A stretch of DNA of 64,000 bases from Octopus vulgaris (taxonomy: Eukaryota): assembly GCA_951406725.2 (NCBI GenBank), contig OX597818.1, positions 4,340,001 through 4,404,000 on the forward strand, given 5' to 3'. Shown one piece after another: positions 13,848 through 26,358 of the stretch (the first letter of the stretch is position 1; each line of letters begins with the position of its first letter). Both the position numbers and the translations under genes were made by a program. Under the pieces are notes generated by a model that did not search any database, was not told the origin of the DNA, and saw only the letters and a list, made by a program, of their open reading frames with translations.

Positions 13848-15558
13848 AACTTAGCACTTCCACTATTATTAATTTTTTAATTCCCTTCTTTAACTAAATA
13901 TACCTGTGGTCTTCTATAATTCTAAAGTATACAATTTATAAATTTCATAATTTTATAATTTTTATAGCTACATTTGTATAATAATTAATGGATGTGTCTA
14001 GTATTATTGGTTTCTTGGTTTTTGTATGTGGGTTTTTGTTTGCTTTTTTAAGAGAAATGCAATATGACATAAAATAACATATTCATTTTGGTATTTGCCT
14101 TGTAATGTGTGATTTTTGAAGTTTTCCAATATTGCATAGTATATTGCATAGTATATATGTATATCTTGGTTGGATACCTAGCTCTGGATAATGTAATGAT
14201 ATTGTATAATATGTAATATATGAGAGCCTTTTGTGAGTTTGGTGGGTTTAGGTTGAGATTATAGGTTTTTTGTATGTGTTTATTTGGAAGGTTTTTATTA
14301 TATATTTGGTCTTTTTGTACTCACCTTAATTTGTATCTTATGCTATTCACTGATAAACCTTTTTCATTTTTTTCATTTTCTCATTTACATGCATTTTGCT
14401 TTATAATTATTACCAGCCTCATATATTTAGTTTATATCTATAGTCCTCTGGATCTGTACTTTAAACTATCCTTCCATACATATTTACTTTCAACAATATA
14501 AAATATATATATTCACTTTATTTATTTTTATTTATTTCCCATTTTATTGTAATATTATCAATCTTTGCATCTAGTCTTCTATTTATTTATTTATTTGCCT
14601 ATTTAAGTGTAGATGTTTACATACATATCAAGTCATCTAATTTGTTACCTATTTATTTTTTACTTATTTACTTATACTGGTGTAGTTTTATACATACATA
14701 TCTGTCATTTATTTTTATTTAATTTTAATAATATATGAATACATATATACTAGTTTGTACTTATAATTATGTGTATAACCGTATTTATTCCTTCGTATTT
14801 ATTCCTTTTTATTTATTTTATCTCTTTTCATCTTAAGTCTTTATAATATAAAATTTATTTAAAATTTCTGTGATGTTCTCATAAGCGTTTACATTAATAC
14901 TTCCCCTTCTATTCTTTAATGCCTAAACTGGTATATTATGGCACTATATTTATTAAGTTAATAAGTGACTTATTTATAATATTTAAATTAATATATATTT
15001 TATATTTTATATTTTATAATTTAGCGTACTTAAAATCATAACAAACTTACGATAAACCTAACAACCGTATGTTTACTCTGCAACAAACCGGTGTTATAAA
15101 TTTTAAGTTACCCATGAAATAATTATCTGAATTAGTAACATACTGATATTTAAAAATATATTTATATCTAAATTAAATATTTTATAGAATGCATGGATGG
15201 TTCTTTTTTTGTTATTGAGGCTCAGTTATAATTTTGAAGGACTAAATGTTAGCATAGTTGCTTCCTTTTTGTTTATCTAAGTGCTAGTTGTTGCTTGTGA
15301 TTATGTATGTGTATAAGTGTATGTATATACATATAACTATGTGTGTATGTGCGATTGATCTGTAGATGCGTGTGTGAATATTGGCGTTCCCTGACTAACC
15401 AACCGTATAATTTTCTTTTGTGATTTAAATTTCAAACCAATAGCCAATCGAATTAATCTAAATTTTCTTTACCTAGTGGTCAGCATTTCTTAACTCATAG
15501 TTATTTCGATCTTGAAAGGATGGACTTGGTGCTAACTTAACTGTATCTATTTTTATTA

Positions 15559-15616
<58 letters not shown>

Positions 15617-15954
15617 AGTAATTTTTATTAACTTTTATAGCTTTAGAATTTTATGAACTGTACCACGGATTTAATTATTATTTTTCATCTCCATATGTGT
15701 TAGCCCTTTTTTTTTTTATAAAAAAAACTATTAGCCAAATATGTATAATATCGGTACTTATTAATATTAATATATACACTGTTATATATTTTGTTTTATT
15801 TTGTTCTGTTTACCTTCCTTTTTGTACAAATGTGTATTATATTATATAAGTGTAGCATTATGATGTATAAGTTTTTATATTTTACATTTTTATATTTTTA
15901 TATTTATATGTATATGATTATATAATATTTTTCACTATTATAACAAATTTAATT

Positions 15955-16071
15955 TAATTCTCTGAAGAGGCCGTGGGGCATCCTTGTTAATGCCTCATTT
16001 ATACCTGCCTTTATGGCTTATAGGTTAAATGAGGTATGACTGTCCTCACTGCCGAAACAGCTGTCAGTTTT
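15955..16071 (+). ncRNA. type I hammerhead ribozyme in pLTR, long stem II
   Basis: CTGAAGA 15962-15968; stem II GGC.GTGGGG/CCTCAC.GCC enclosing GCCTCATTTA/TAAATGAGGT; GAAAC-AGCT-GTC 16054-16065. Stem I weak. Confidence 0.8.
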
Positions 16072-16438
16072 GATTTATTTGCATATTATATTTGAAATTT
16101 TTTACTTATATCTCTTTATCTTTTTACTTTTACTATTACTGTATATCTCATTTCATTTTATATATTGCCTTTACTCATATGTAATGGTGTATTAAAGTAT
16201 GGATTGAGTATCATCGGATAGTTGATGTTTTACTGATTTAAGTATGTTTCTCCATTCTCTAATTTTGTAGTATTAATTTACGGTAATATTATTACCTTTA
16301 CCCATTTAATACAATAGATGAACTGATTGCTTGACAATTTTTAACATCTATGTATTAATTTTGTTGGGTACCTATCTAGCAGTATATTGGATATATATTA
16401 TCCCATGGTGGGTTGAATTTTCAACCCCTATCTCATTT

Positions 16439-16484
<46 letters not shown>

Positions 16485-16486
16485 TA

Positions 16487-18436
16487 ACTTCTTCGCCTTC
16501 AATGACAACTTCTACCGACAAAAATCGGGGACTGCGATGGGTACACGAATGGCCCCCTCCTTTGCCAACCTAGTCATAGGATACCTAGAGATCAGTCTGT
16601 ATCGTAAGGTTCTAGAAAGATATGGCAGCCCTTTCTCCATCTACATAGAAAACAACTGGAAGAGATATCTAGATGACTGTTTCATTCTTTGGCATAAAAA
16701 TATAGAAAAACTCATAGAATTCCAGGAAATTTTAAATGGACTGGACGCAAACATCCAATTCACGATGGAATATAGCCAGCAACAACTCCCCTTCCTCGAT
16801 ATCCTCATTAAGAAAGCTAATAATATAATAGAAACAGACATATACTATAAGCCTACAGACTCTAAGCAATATCTTCCATTCAATTCTTGCCACCCCAGAC
16901 ACACCAGGATGAATATCCCCTTCAATCTAGCAAAAAGGATATGCACTATAGTCTCTAAGGCAAACACCAGAGACACACGACTACAAGAACTAAAAGATAC
17001 CCTTATCACCAGGAACTATCCACCTTCACTTATTGACAAGTGCATTCAACGTGCCCTTCAACTTAAAATCAAGGAACTGAGACATCCCAAATCAAAGAAA
17101 AACTTACAACCAAAAGCCTTACCATACATCTCCACACACAACCCTCTCAATAACGAAGCCTTCGGCAACATCCTCCACAACATACCCCTCCTAAAAAAAG
17201 ACCACAGAATGAACACAATCCTCCAAACACACACGGTCATAAAAAAGCAAAAGACAGCCTAGATCCATGAAAAGTCTCCTAACACAAGCCCGAATTCACT
17301 CTTCAACACAGAAGCCGACAGTAAAAAAATGTGGAAGACCCAATTGCGGGATATGCGACTATCTAATTGAGGGATCAGAGTTCTCCTTCAAACAGGGACA
17401 ACGGTTAACAGTGAAAAGCAACTTCACATGTGCTTCGGAGAACCTAATATACTCACTAACCTGCTCCGGGTGTCAAGAGCAGTACATAGGCCAAACAAAA
17501 AATGGTTTGCGTAAACGAATGGCCCTGCACAGATCCCAGATAAAAATTCCCCAAAACAGAAAAATAGCTTTTAGCCAACACATAGATACTTGCGCCAACA
17601 AAAAAACACCAAACTTCAGGATTTTCCCCCTCTACCAATTTAGGGACGATACAACCTCGAGACAACGAATAAGTAAAGAAAATCTCTTTATTACAAAATA
17701 CAGGCCACTTCTTAACGGGTCTACGACAAACAATTAATATACCTCAACTTTAGAATAAAAGAAATATATACACACACAAATATTACATTCCATAGAATCC
17801 ATTACTAATCAGCCCCATCACAGCTATGCTTTCACCCATTCATATTCTCCCTTCTCTGTTTTTTTCTTCTTCTTCCTCTTCTTCTTCATCATCATCATTA
17901 TCATCATCATCGTCGTCATCATCATCACCACCATCATCATCATCATCATCTCCTTCTTCTTCTTCTTCATCATCATCATCATCAACATCGTCATCTTCTT
18001 CTTCTTCTACTTCTCCACCTTCTACCCCTTAACCTTGTCACTAATGCCTTTCAGTATAACGCCTACGCAAATTCCATAAACAATTCCTGAATTGAACTGC
18101 GACTGCTGTCCGCCACTGACCATTCAAAATACGACCATCAAGGCATTCCCAGATTTCCCCACCCCCTCTCCACATCAGCCTTCTGCTTCTCCTACCCTAC
18201 CAAGAACTCACAATGACCTCGAACACACAAGTGCAAACAAGGGAGTCAGAGAAAGGCAGAATGCCACTTATATCTGAACACTACTATAGAAATATTCCTT
18301 TAAAAAAACTTTTCTTCTAATTTTTCTAAATTTAATTATTTAATCGTTACAGTTGAAAAGGTCTCAAAATGACCGAAACCGGTACTGAAAGATTCACTAT
18401 AAAATTATCTTAGCATTTTCTATTTTTGACTTGTTT

Positions 18437-18442
<6 letters not shown>
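16487..18442 (+). mobile_element. Neptune-like Penelope element, 5'-truncated (RT C-half, Zn linker, GIY-YIG, 3'UTR)
   Basis: GTAMGTRMAPSFANL, RYLDD, LPFLD, YYKPTD..YL..SCHP, CGRPNCGIC, LIY..CSGC..YIGQT; frameshift near 17255, stop 17737; (TCA/TCT)n in UTR; (TA)n flanks. Confidence 0.9.
18342..18394 (+). ncRNA. minimal hammerhead ribozyme with U3-A8 core variant
   Basis: CAG-TTGAAAA-GGTC-tcaaaat-GACC-GAAAC-CG-GTA-CTG: all three stems pair, stem III is the palindrome ACCGGT, and it sits at the PLE 3' end. Confidence 0.75.
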
Positions 18443-18486
<44 letters not shown>

Positions 18487-18491
<5 letters not shown>

Positions 18492-18799
18492 CGGGGCGAC
18501 GAAGAATTATTTGAAACAATGACTTAATTATCACAGATATACTTTTAAAAATAGAAATAGGAGTAATTCTACAGGGTTAAGTACATATATATGGGAACTT
18601 AAGGATAAAAAAATAAATTATAATTTACAATGGAAGATACTAATATCAGCACCTTCGAATAATAATAAAAATAGAAAATGTTCACTATGCATTAATGAAA
18701 CTTTCTTTCTAATTAGGGCTAATTTACTGATTATTAACAATTTTAAGGAACGCAATATCTCATGTCTTCATAAAATTGGGTATACTTTCTCCAGATATA
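18487..18799 (+). repeat. 313-bp direct duplicate of the PLE EN fragment at 4671-4983
   Basis: Same 5' breakpoint (tatatcgggg), same internal TGA, about three substitutions by eye. Confidence 0.9.
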
Positions 18800-19045
18800 T
18801 TTTTGTTTGACACCCATTGACAGTGGCACTTTTGGACAGTGGCATATTGTCCAAAAGAGGAGAGATGTTTGGATCATCTGAGTCAAACCAATCTTGGTAC
18901 TTCATTTTAAAATACCCAAATGCTTCACAGGATGACTCAAATACAGCATTTTTAAAAGCATACCATACTGATTCAATATCTGTGTTGACTAAGATGCCAG
19001 CAAGTTTGTTGTTACAGGTTGTCTGAAATGAGGTTAAATTGTCAT
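18800..19045 (-). mobile_element. RTE (BovB-like) linker fragment
   Basis: WYAFKNAVFE..FG..QDWFDSDDPNISPLLD resembles the QDWFDEND motif. Confidence 0.6.
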
Positions 19046-19084
19046 TAGTGTGCATATATATGTATATATATGGGTGGAGAAATT

Positions 19085-20578
19085 ACAGGTGTGGAAACAA
19101 GGATTAGAATCAACCTAGCTAAAACCAAAGTCCTAATAAGTAGGAAGGCAAGCAAACCACAAATCCCTTCAGGTAGATGGCCCTGCTTGATCTGTAGTAG
19201 AGGCGTAGGTAGAAACTCTATAAGATGTACCCAGTGTAAGCTATGGACACATAAGAGGTGCAATAATATCAAAGGGAGGCTAATGGGGAAGATAGTTTTT
19301 GTATGTGGCAGATGCTCAGGAGCAATAAACACTGAAAATGCGCAGAGAACAACTTCCACCACATTCCAGGGAGAAAAACTAGAAATAGTTGATAGCTTCT
19401 GTTACCTAGGTGACCAAGTCAGTAGCGAGGAAGGGTGTGCTGAAAGTGAAGCTGCTAGAATAAGAATAGCTTGGGCAAAGTTCAGAGAGCTCTTACCTCT
19501 GCTGGTGACAAAGGGCCTCTCGCTCAGAGTAAAAGGTAGACTGTATGATGCATGTGTACGAACTGCCATGCTACATGGCAGTGAAACATGGGCCGTGACT
19601 GCTGAGGACATGCGTAAGCTCGCAAGGAATGAAGCCAGTATGATCCGATGAATGTGTAATGTCAGTGTGCATACTCGACAGAGTGTAAGTACCCTGAGAG
19701 AAAAGTTGGACCTTAGAAGCATCAGATGTGGTGTGCAAGAGAGACAACTGCGCTGATATGGTCATGTGGCAAGAATGGATGAGGACAGCTGTGTGTAAAA
19801 GTGCCACACCCTAACGGTTGAGGGAACCTGTGGAAGAGGAAGACCTGGGATGAAGTGGTGAAGCACAACCTTCGAACTTTGAACCTCACCAAGGAAATGA
19901 CTAGTGACCGAGACCTTTGGAAATATGCTGTGCGTGAGAAGACCTGGCAAGCCAAATGAGACCATAACCTCATGGCCTATGCCTGGGGCATTACCAGCCT
20001 ACTTATGCATACCTTTTCCTTCTTTGGACACTAAAACTCTGCTTGCAAAGACCTGTTGAAGCAAGTGAAATCAAAAATCAAAATCAAATTCGATGACTGA
20101 CGTCAGTGCTAGCGGGGTGCAAAGAGCACCATATGAGTGTGACCATTGACAGAGCGACTAACCGGCTTCCGCGCCAGTGGCACTTAAAAGGAACCATTCG
20201 AGCGTGATCATTACCAGTGTCGCCTTAAAGAGCACCATCCCAGCGTGATCGTTGCTGGAGTGGATATCTGGCCTCCATGCCAGTGGCACATAAAAGACAC
20301 CATTCGAGCGTGATCGTTACCAGCATCGCCTTACTGGCACCTGTGCCGGTGGCATGTGTAAAAGATTCGAGCAAGGTCATTGCCAGTACCGACTAAAAGC
20401 ACCCACTACACTCTCGGAGTGGTTAGCGTTAGGAAGGGCATCCAGCTGTAGAAACTCTGCCAGATCAAGATTGAAGCTTGGTGCAGCCATCTGGTTTACC
20501 AGCCCTCAGTCATTCGTCCTACCCATGCTAGCATGGAAAGCGGACGTTAAACGACGACGACGATGATGATGATGATGA
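19085..20578 (+). mobile_element. RTE-clade LINE, 5'-truncated, decayed
   Basis: PHD-like Cys/His segment, YLGD, AWAKFREL, LHGSETW, stops; 3' end catgctagcatggaaagcggacgttaaa(cga/gat)n. Confidence 0.92.
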
Positions 20579-21795
20579 GGGGGTATCCAAAAGAAACCAG
20601 AATTTTGCAATATTATTTTATTTACTTATTTTACATGTTTACACTTTTATCGCCTTCAAAGTATTCTACATTTGAAGCAATGGATTGGTCCAAATGTGTC
20701 TTCCACTGTTCAAAGTAGTCCTGGAATTCTTGCAAAGTGATGCCTTTTCATGCCCCTATTGATTTTTCTCCACCTCTTCCACATCTGACGAATGTTGAAC
20801 TTTAAGGAATTTTTTCATTCAAGAAAACAAAAAAGTTGCAAGAAGCAAAACTGGGTGAATAGGGAGGGTGAGTAGGCAGGATCCACCCATTTTTGCTCAA
20901 GAACTGTTTCACACTCAAGGTGGTGTGCACAGGAGCATTGTCATGATGAAACCACCACTCTCCACTTTACCACAGGTTGGGGCGTTTTCATCTCATTGTG
21001 TCTCACAAACGCTTCAGAACTGCCAAGTAAAACATCTGGTTAACAATTTGATCAGGAGGAGAAAATTCTGTGTAGCCAATTTCTATTACATTGATGAAAC
21101 AAATCAGCACTGTCTTGACATTGAACTTCACTTGACATGCTTTTTCGGAGTGTGGTGACATTGAATGCTTCCACTGACTTGATTGATGACCTTAAAAAAA
21201 AAAGTCCAGATCAACTTCCAACTATTCTTTCAGTTCATGACATGCATTCACTTGTGACTACTTTTGATCTTCCATGAGCAAGCAAGGCACAACATTTGCT
21301 GCAATTCTTTTCATTCACAATTCCTTGCTCAAAATTTGTTGGCAGGAGATCCAGGACACACCATATCAACAAGCTTGTGACAGTCCTCCAAAATCAGTTC
21401 AGGAATTTTCATTGTTTCCATTTGTTCAGGAGGTTGAAGGTCACCCTGAACTAAGTTGGTCTTCAAGCAACAAGCAACCATTCCTAAAGCGTGAAAACTA
21501 CTTGTAAACTTATTTTGCTTATGGCAGTATCCTTGTAAGCTGTTTAAAGCATGACAACTGTTTTAGCTGAAAACAGAAAGCAGAATTTCACAGAGGCATG
21601 TTTTTCCTTTGTTTCAACCATCACAAACATTGACAAACAAGGGAGAAGCACTGCAAAACAAAGATGTACTACATGGCAGTATGACTTCAATCAATGATAC
21701 CAATGAGCAGACTGATGCCTGAGGGTTACTAGTGGCAGAAGCCTGAACTATTATGGGCTTGTTCCACAAAGAACATTTCTGGCACCACCTTGTAT
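20576..21795 (-). mobile_element. decayed mariner transposon
   Basis: Minus strand FHHDNAPVH and HPPYSPSFASCNF (YSPDLAP-type motif); TIR-like ends. Confidence 0.85.
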
Positions 21796-21885
21796 AACAT
21801 ATATATGTGTGTGTGTGTGTGTGTGCGTGCGTGTGTGTGTGTATATACAAGGTGGTGCCAGAAATGTTCTCTGTGGAACAAGCCC

Positions 21886-21936
<51 letters not shown>

Positions 21937-21994
21937 TGTAAAAAATGAAGTTCGAAAATGCTGCTGTATTATACAATTTTTAATTTTTATATAT

Positions 21995-22045
21995 ACATTA
22001 TAACATGTTTCAGTTCCTGAAATGAACCTTATCAAAAAAAGTTAT
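21995..22045 (-). ncRNA. minimal hammerhead ribozyme with U3-A8 core variant
   Basis: Minus: TTGATAA-GGTTC-atttcag-GAACT-GAAAC-AT-GTT; stem III palindrome ACATGT; stem I weak; ~70 nt from (TA)n. Confidence 0.6.
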
Positions 22046-22415
22046 ATATAAAAAGAGACGGCTCATGCCGTCAAACACAAGAAATTCATTTATAATACAC
22101 AGCGGAGTCAGACATCTTAGAGTTCATGTATAGTTGATATATAGTTCATGTATAGTTGATATATAGTTTGAAGTATATGTTCAAAGTGTTCGATGCAGTG
22201 GCCCACGGTGGCGATACGTATTCAATACAAAAAACAGATCAAAGTGGTGGAAAGCGGTCAATACAGAAGATTGATGTTTCCGAAAGAGCGAGGAATTCAT
22301 TTTTACCTTAAGCAATTGTGATGACCCATGGTGGAAGTTCGCTGGGTGGTTCTAGTGGGTTTTTGTGAAATGCTCGGTTTTATAATGCCTGTTAGGTGGT
22401 CAATCTAGCGTAGCG

Positions 22416-22587
22416 TGACGTCATCAATGTTTTGACCAATCGTTTCGTTAGGTGGCTTTAATCAAGTGGAACGGGACGTCATCATTATTTTGACCAATCG
22501 CTGCATTATAACTCCCTCTTGTTTGTTTCCTGTCTTGACCAGTCGCTTCGTTAGTCAAGCGGGACGTCATCCAGATTCTGCCCAATC
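22416..22587. promoter_or_regulatory. three GACGTCATC-N10-CCAATC composite motifs (CRE-like + CCAAT box)
   Basis: Starts at 22417, 22475 and 22563, each with exactly 10 nt before CCAAT. Confidence 0.5.
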
Positions 22588-22858
22588 ACGACTTATAGCT
22601 ACATTAGATCTGCCCCCTGTCTGTACTTGTTAGGTGACTTAGGTGACTGTATATATATATATACACACACACACATATAAGATGAGATCATTCATATGTT
22701 AAATAGTCTCGCAGAAAACTGCCTGGAAAACAGTTATTATTTACCTTTCATCCTTTTGGGGTCGATGAAATAAGTACCAGTTGAACACTGAGGTCAATGT
22801 AATTGACTCATCCTCTCCCCCAAAATTGCTGTCCTTGTGGCAAAATTTGAAACCACTA

Positions 22859-22898
<40 letters not shown>

Positions 22899-23115
22899 GA
22901 TTTATAACATAGACACAAGACTTCACATTTGAGGGGTGTACAATCAATCATATTGGTCTAACATCTCACTGATCCTTATTTTACCAACCCATGAAGAGTT
23001 GGTAATGTGAAATGAACTTAGACTATAAAGAAGGATAAGTAAGCAGTAGATAGTACTTTGTCTGCTGTTCTTTTGATTCTGTCAAACCACTGTCCAAATA
23101 ATATTAATAATGATG

Positions 23116-23332
23116 TGGCGAGCTGGCAGAATCATTACCACACCAAGCAAAACACTTAGTAACATTTCATCCATCTCTACATTCTGAGTTCAAATGCTGT
23201 CAGGGTCGAGTTTGCTTTTCATTCTTTTGGAGTTGATAAAATAAGTACCAGTTGAATACTGGGATTGTTGTCATTGATTTATCCCCTCCCCTGAAATTAC
23301 TGACCTTGTGCCAAAATTTGAAATCAATATTA
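23116..23332 (+). mobile_element. old SINE (3' fragment of the same family at 22741-22860)
   Basis: ggcgagctggcagaa...gagttcaaat...aataagtaccagttgaa...ccttgtgccaaaatttgaaa shared by both. Confidence 0.7.
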
Positions 23333-23452
23333 ATAATGATAATAAATATGAATATTAAGTTACAAAATTAAACCATTAAATTTTATATTTGAAGGAAGAC
23401 TCACTTAAATAACATATCAATAATAATAAAGTAATGTTGATGAGACACTCAC

Positions 23453-23509
23453 CTCTGGGTCAAAATTAATATTTAGCCATTCAGATAAAGTTCCCTGTGT
23501 GGGATCTGG
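23453..23509 (-). CDS. candidate symmetric 57-bp exon of an unidentified gene (PDPTQGTLSEWLNINFDPE)
   Basis: Minus strand: ttttctatcttggcag acceptor, GAG|gtgagt donor, length divisible by 3, only one frame open, in non-repetitive sequence. Protein not recognised. Confidence 0.6.
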
Positions 23510-24758
23510 CTGCCAAGATAGAAAATATACATATCTTTAATTTACATAAAATAATAATGCAGGTGTATGCATACACAAACATATACACATAGAGTAAATT
23601 GTGGAAATTATAATTTTTACAGTTGAATCTTCATCAAATGACTACTCACTCAAGATGAATATGCCATTAGTTTGTATTTTTCAGCTAGGTTGTGGGTGGT
23701 TTTTTTAAGGGTCCAACACAATTGATAGACTGGATAGAAGACTTTGATTCAAGAATATGAGGCCATTACTCTCACAGATAGCAAAACTTATGCTAATCAT
23801 GACAAATAATGATGACTAAACATGAAACAGTTCTGATACAGAAGTGAATATTATAATACTTTTTTCTAAGCAAAATTAAATGATATATTTATGAAACTTT
23901 CTTTATTAGAACTTCAACTTTAGACCAAGATAAACCATAATTATATATTACTGTTAGGAATTATGAGCACTACTAGTTGCTATTGCCACTGGACCTAAAT
24001 GTCTTAAACAAGGAGTTAGATCATTATTTTTTATCATTAAAAGACAAGATGATACTTATATTCCTATTTTGTTTTATATTTGTGTAGTGTAGTATATAGA
24101 GTGTGATATATGACAAATGTGTAGAACTCCTTGTGTTTGATTATAGTTAGAATGTTCCATTTGTGAAGAGAAATATAATTATTAATCTAAATATTTTGTT
24201 GAAGTTACCTATCAATATTTTGAACACAGAGTAGATATAGTTAGCAAGAATGGAGATAAAATTCCATATTTATTCAATACATTTTTGCATACATTTCATT
24301 AATGAAAATTTCTGTTATATATGGAATTACCTCATTTTCAGATTATGGCAAATCATCAGAGATGTTAAGATTAAAAAGAAAAGGAAAAAAGCATTTTTAG
24401 CAATCTGATACTGGCCTGATAGAATCAGGATTTCCTTAGTACCCACTTCTGTAGTGAAATAGGTCAAGGAATTATTTAAATATCTAAAGGATAAGGGTAG
24501 AGGTTTTTTATCACAATAGAAAAAATGCTAAGTGGGTTTTCATGACATTCAGTTTGTTGTAATGGATATAGATGGATATAAGATATCAAATACAACAGTT
24601 AACAATGGTTTATTTTTTATTTTTTCACTACAAGTGGGTAATTAAAATATAATTTCCATGCACTCACTGATCCAAATTCTTTGGTATACATATTCATATA
24701 TCTATATTTTGACATTTATACAGAGAATCATAGACACACATTTAGATACATACATAAA

Positions 24759-24825
<67 letters not shown>

Positions 24826-24827
24826 AC

Positions 24828-25670
24828 AAGAGGGCACCCAAAAGGAACTGGAATTTTTTGCAATATTATTTTATTCACTAAGTTTTAGATGTTCACACTT
24901 CTTATCACCTTCAAAGTATTCTCCATTTGAAGCAATGGATCAGTCCAGGCATGTTTTCCAATGCTCAAAGCAGGGCTGGAACTCTTGCCTTTTAACACCT
25001 CCATCACTTTTTTTCACCTCTTCCGCAACTGCAAATTCTATAGCACCAGCTTTTGTCACCAGTGATAACCTTCACAAAATGGTCCAAATCAACTTCCAAC
25101 TGTTCTTTCATTTCACAATATGCATTCAGTCATGACTGCTTTGATCTTCCATGAGCAAGTGAGGCACAAGTTTTGGTGCAACTTTTCATTCGTAATTCCT
25201 CGCTCAAAATTTTTTGGCAGGAGCTACAAGACACACCAGTCATATCAACAAGTTCATCAGTTTTTCAGTGATGGTCCTCCAAGATCAGGTTTTCTATGAT
25301 ATTTTCATTTGTGCAGGAGGTTGATGGTCACTCTGAACAAGGTTGGTCTTCAAGTGACAAGTGACCATTCCTAAAGCATGGAAACCACTTGTAAGCTTGT
25401 GTTTTGTCCATAGCAGTGTCCTTGTAAGCTGTTTGAATCATGACAACTATTTTGGCCACCAATTTCCCCAGCAGAAAGCAGAATTTCCCAGAAGCATACT
25501 ATTCCTTCATTTCAGCCATTGCAAAAATCGATGAACAGAGGAGAATCACTGCAAAACAAAGATGCACCACATGCCAGAACAACCTCACAGGACAACATTG
25601 GCTGGAAAACTGATCCTGAGGGTTGCATCAAGTGGCTTCTAGCAGTGGAAGCCTGAACTACTATGAGAAA
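24828..25670 (-). mobile_element. second decayed mariner copy, internally deleted
   Basis: Collinear with 20576-21750; VITGDKSW motif. Confidence 0.8.
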
Positions 25671-26235
25671 TTGCAGGAGGCCATAAGCGGCCTCGTGCCA
25701 CTTATATCACAGTCTTCTCCCCCGCACTCTTTAATTACTAGTTTGTTTTCTTCTTTATTTACATATCCTCTGTAACGGTCTTAACTTTTGCCCTTTGTTC
25801 AAATATAATTGACCAGTTGTAGAGATGGATAAATCTTGGTCAATTCAATTGTGAACAACAGGTGGTGGTCTCTACAATATTTCAGTAAGTACACCATTAC
25901 AAGAACCCTATGGTTTTGTTTTTAGAAAAATTTTTAACTAGCCCTGTTTACGATATCATAAGAACTATTCTTTTTCTAGACATATTGGTAATTCTTGTCT
26001 TATTTTAGTACTAACTTTATTTCACTACTAGTCAAACACCCTGGTTCCCCCTTTATATAGAAATAACTGTAGATATTTCCCTAGGCCACTGTTAGTTTCA
26101 CTCTTTTGACAATCAACTTCAAGCTCCATGCTGTAAGATGGTATGATTTTAATACATTGAGCCTTCTGGCCTCATCTCTAGGCCCTGTTCTTTCCTATTC
26201 CCTCTTCCCTTCATTTATTTTATTTTACGCTTTTG

Positions 26236-26358
26236 TATTCACTCTGATGATGTTCCATGTACTAGATCGAATGTGCTATAAAGATGATGAATATTATTTT
26301 TGGAATTTCTTTCGTAAGCACCAACTAACACTGGAAGTGGAAACAGCTGTAAGAAATA
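26236..26358 (+). ncRNA. hammerhead ribozyme with long stem II, in a probable PLE 3' remnant (~25680-26615)
   Basis: CT-CTGATGA-TGTTCCA...TGGAAGTG-GAAAC-AGCT-GTA-AG; remnant ends in (TA)n ~260 nt downstream. Confidence 0.7.

Larger units (their letters stand above)
9779..16440 (+). mobile_element. Penelope-like element (Hydra-like, C-terminal GIY-YIG), 5'-truncated, with inverted pseudo-LTR
   Basis: Near-perfect inverted repeat 9779-11472 / 14580-16273 around an RT-EN ORF, ~165-bp unique 3' tail, (TA)n on both sides. Clade assignment is inferred from motifs. Confidence 0.92.
21933..22650 (-). mobile_element. probable solo PLE pseudo-LTR / 3'UTR
   Basis: Island between (TA)n tracts with a terminal HHR and a promoter-like repeat array; no ORF. 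Confidence 0.5.
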
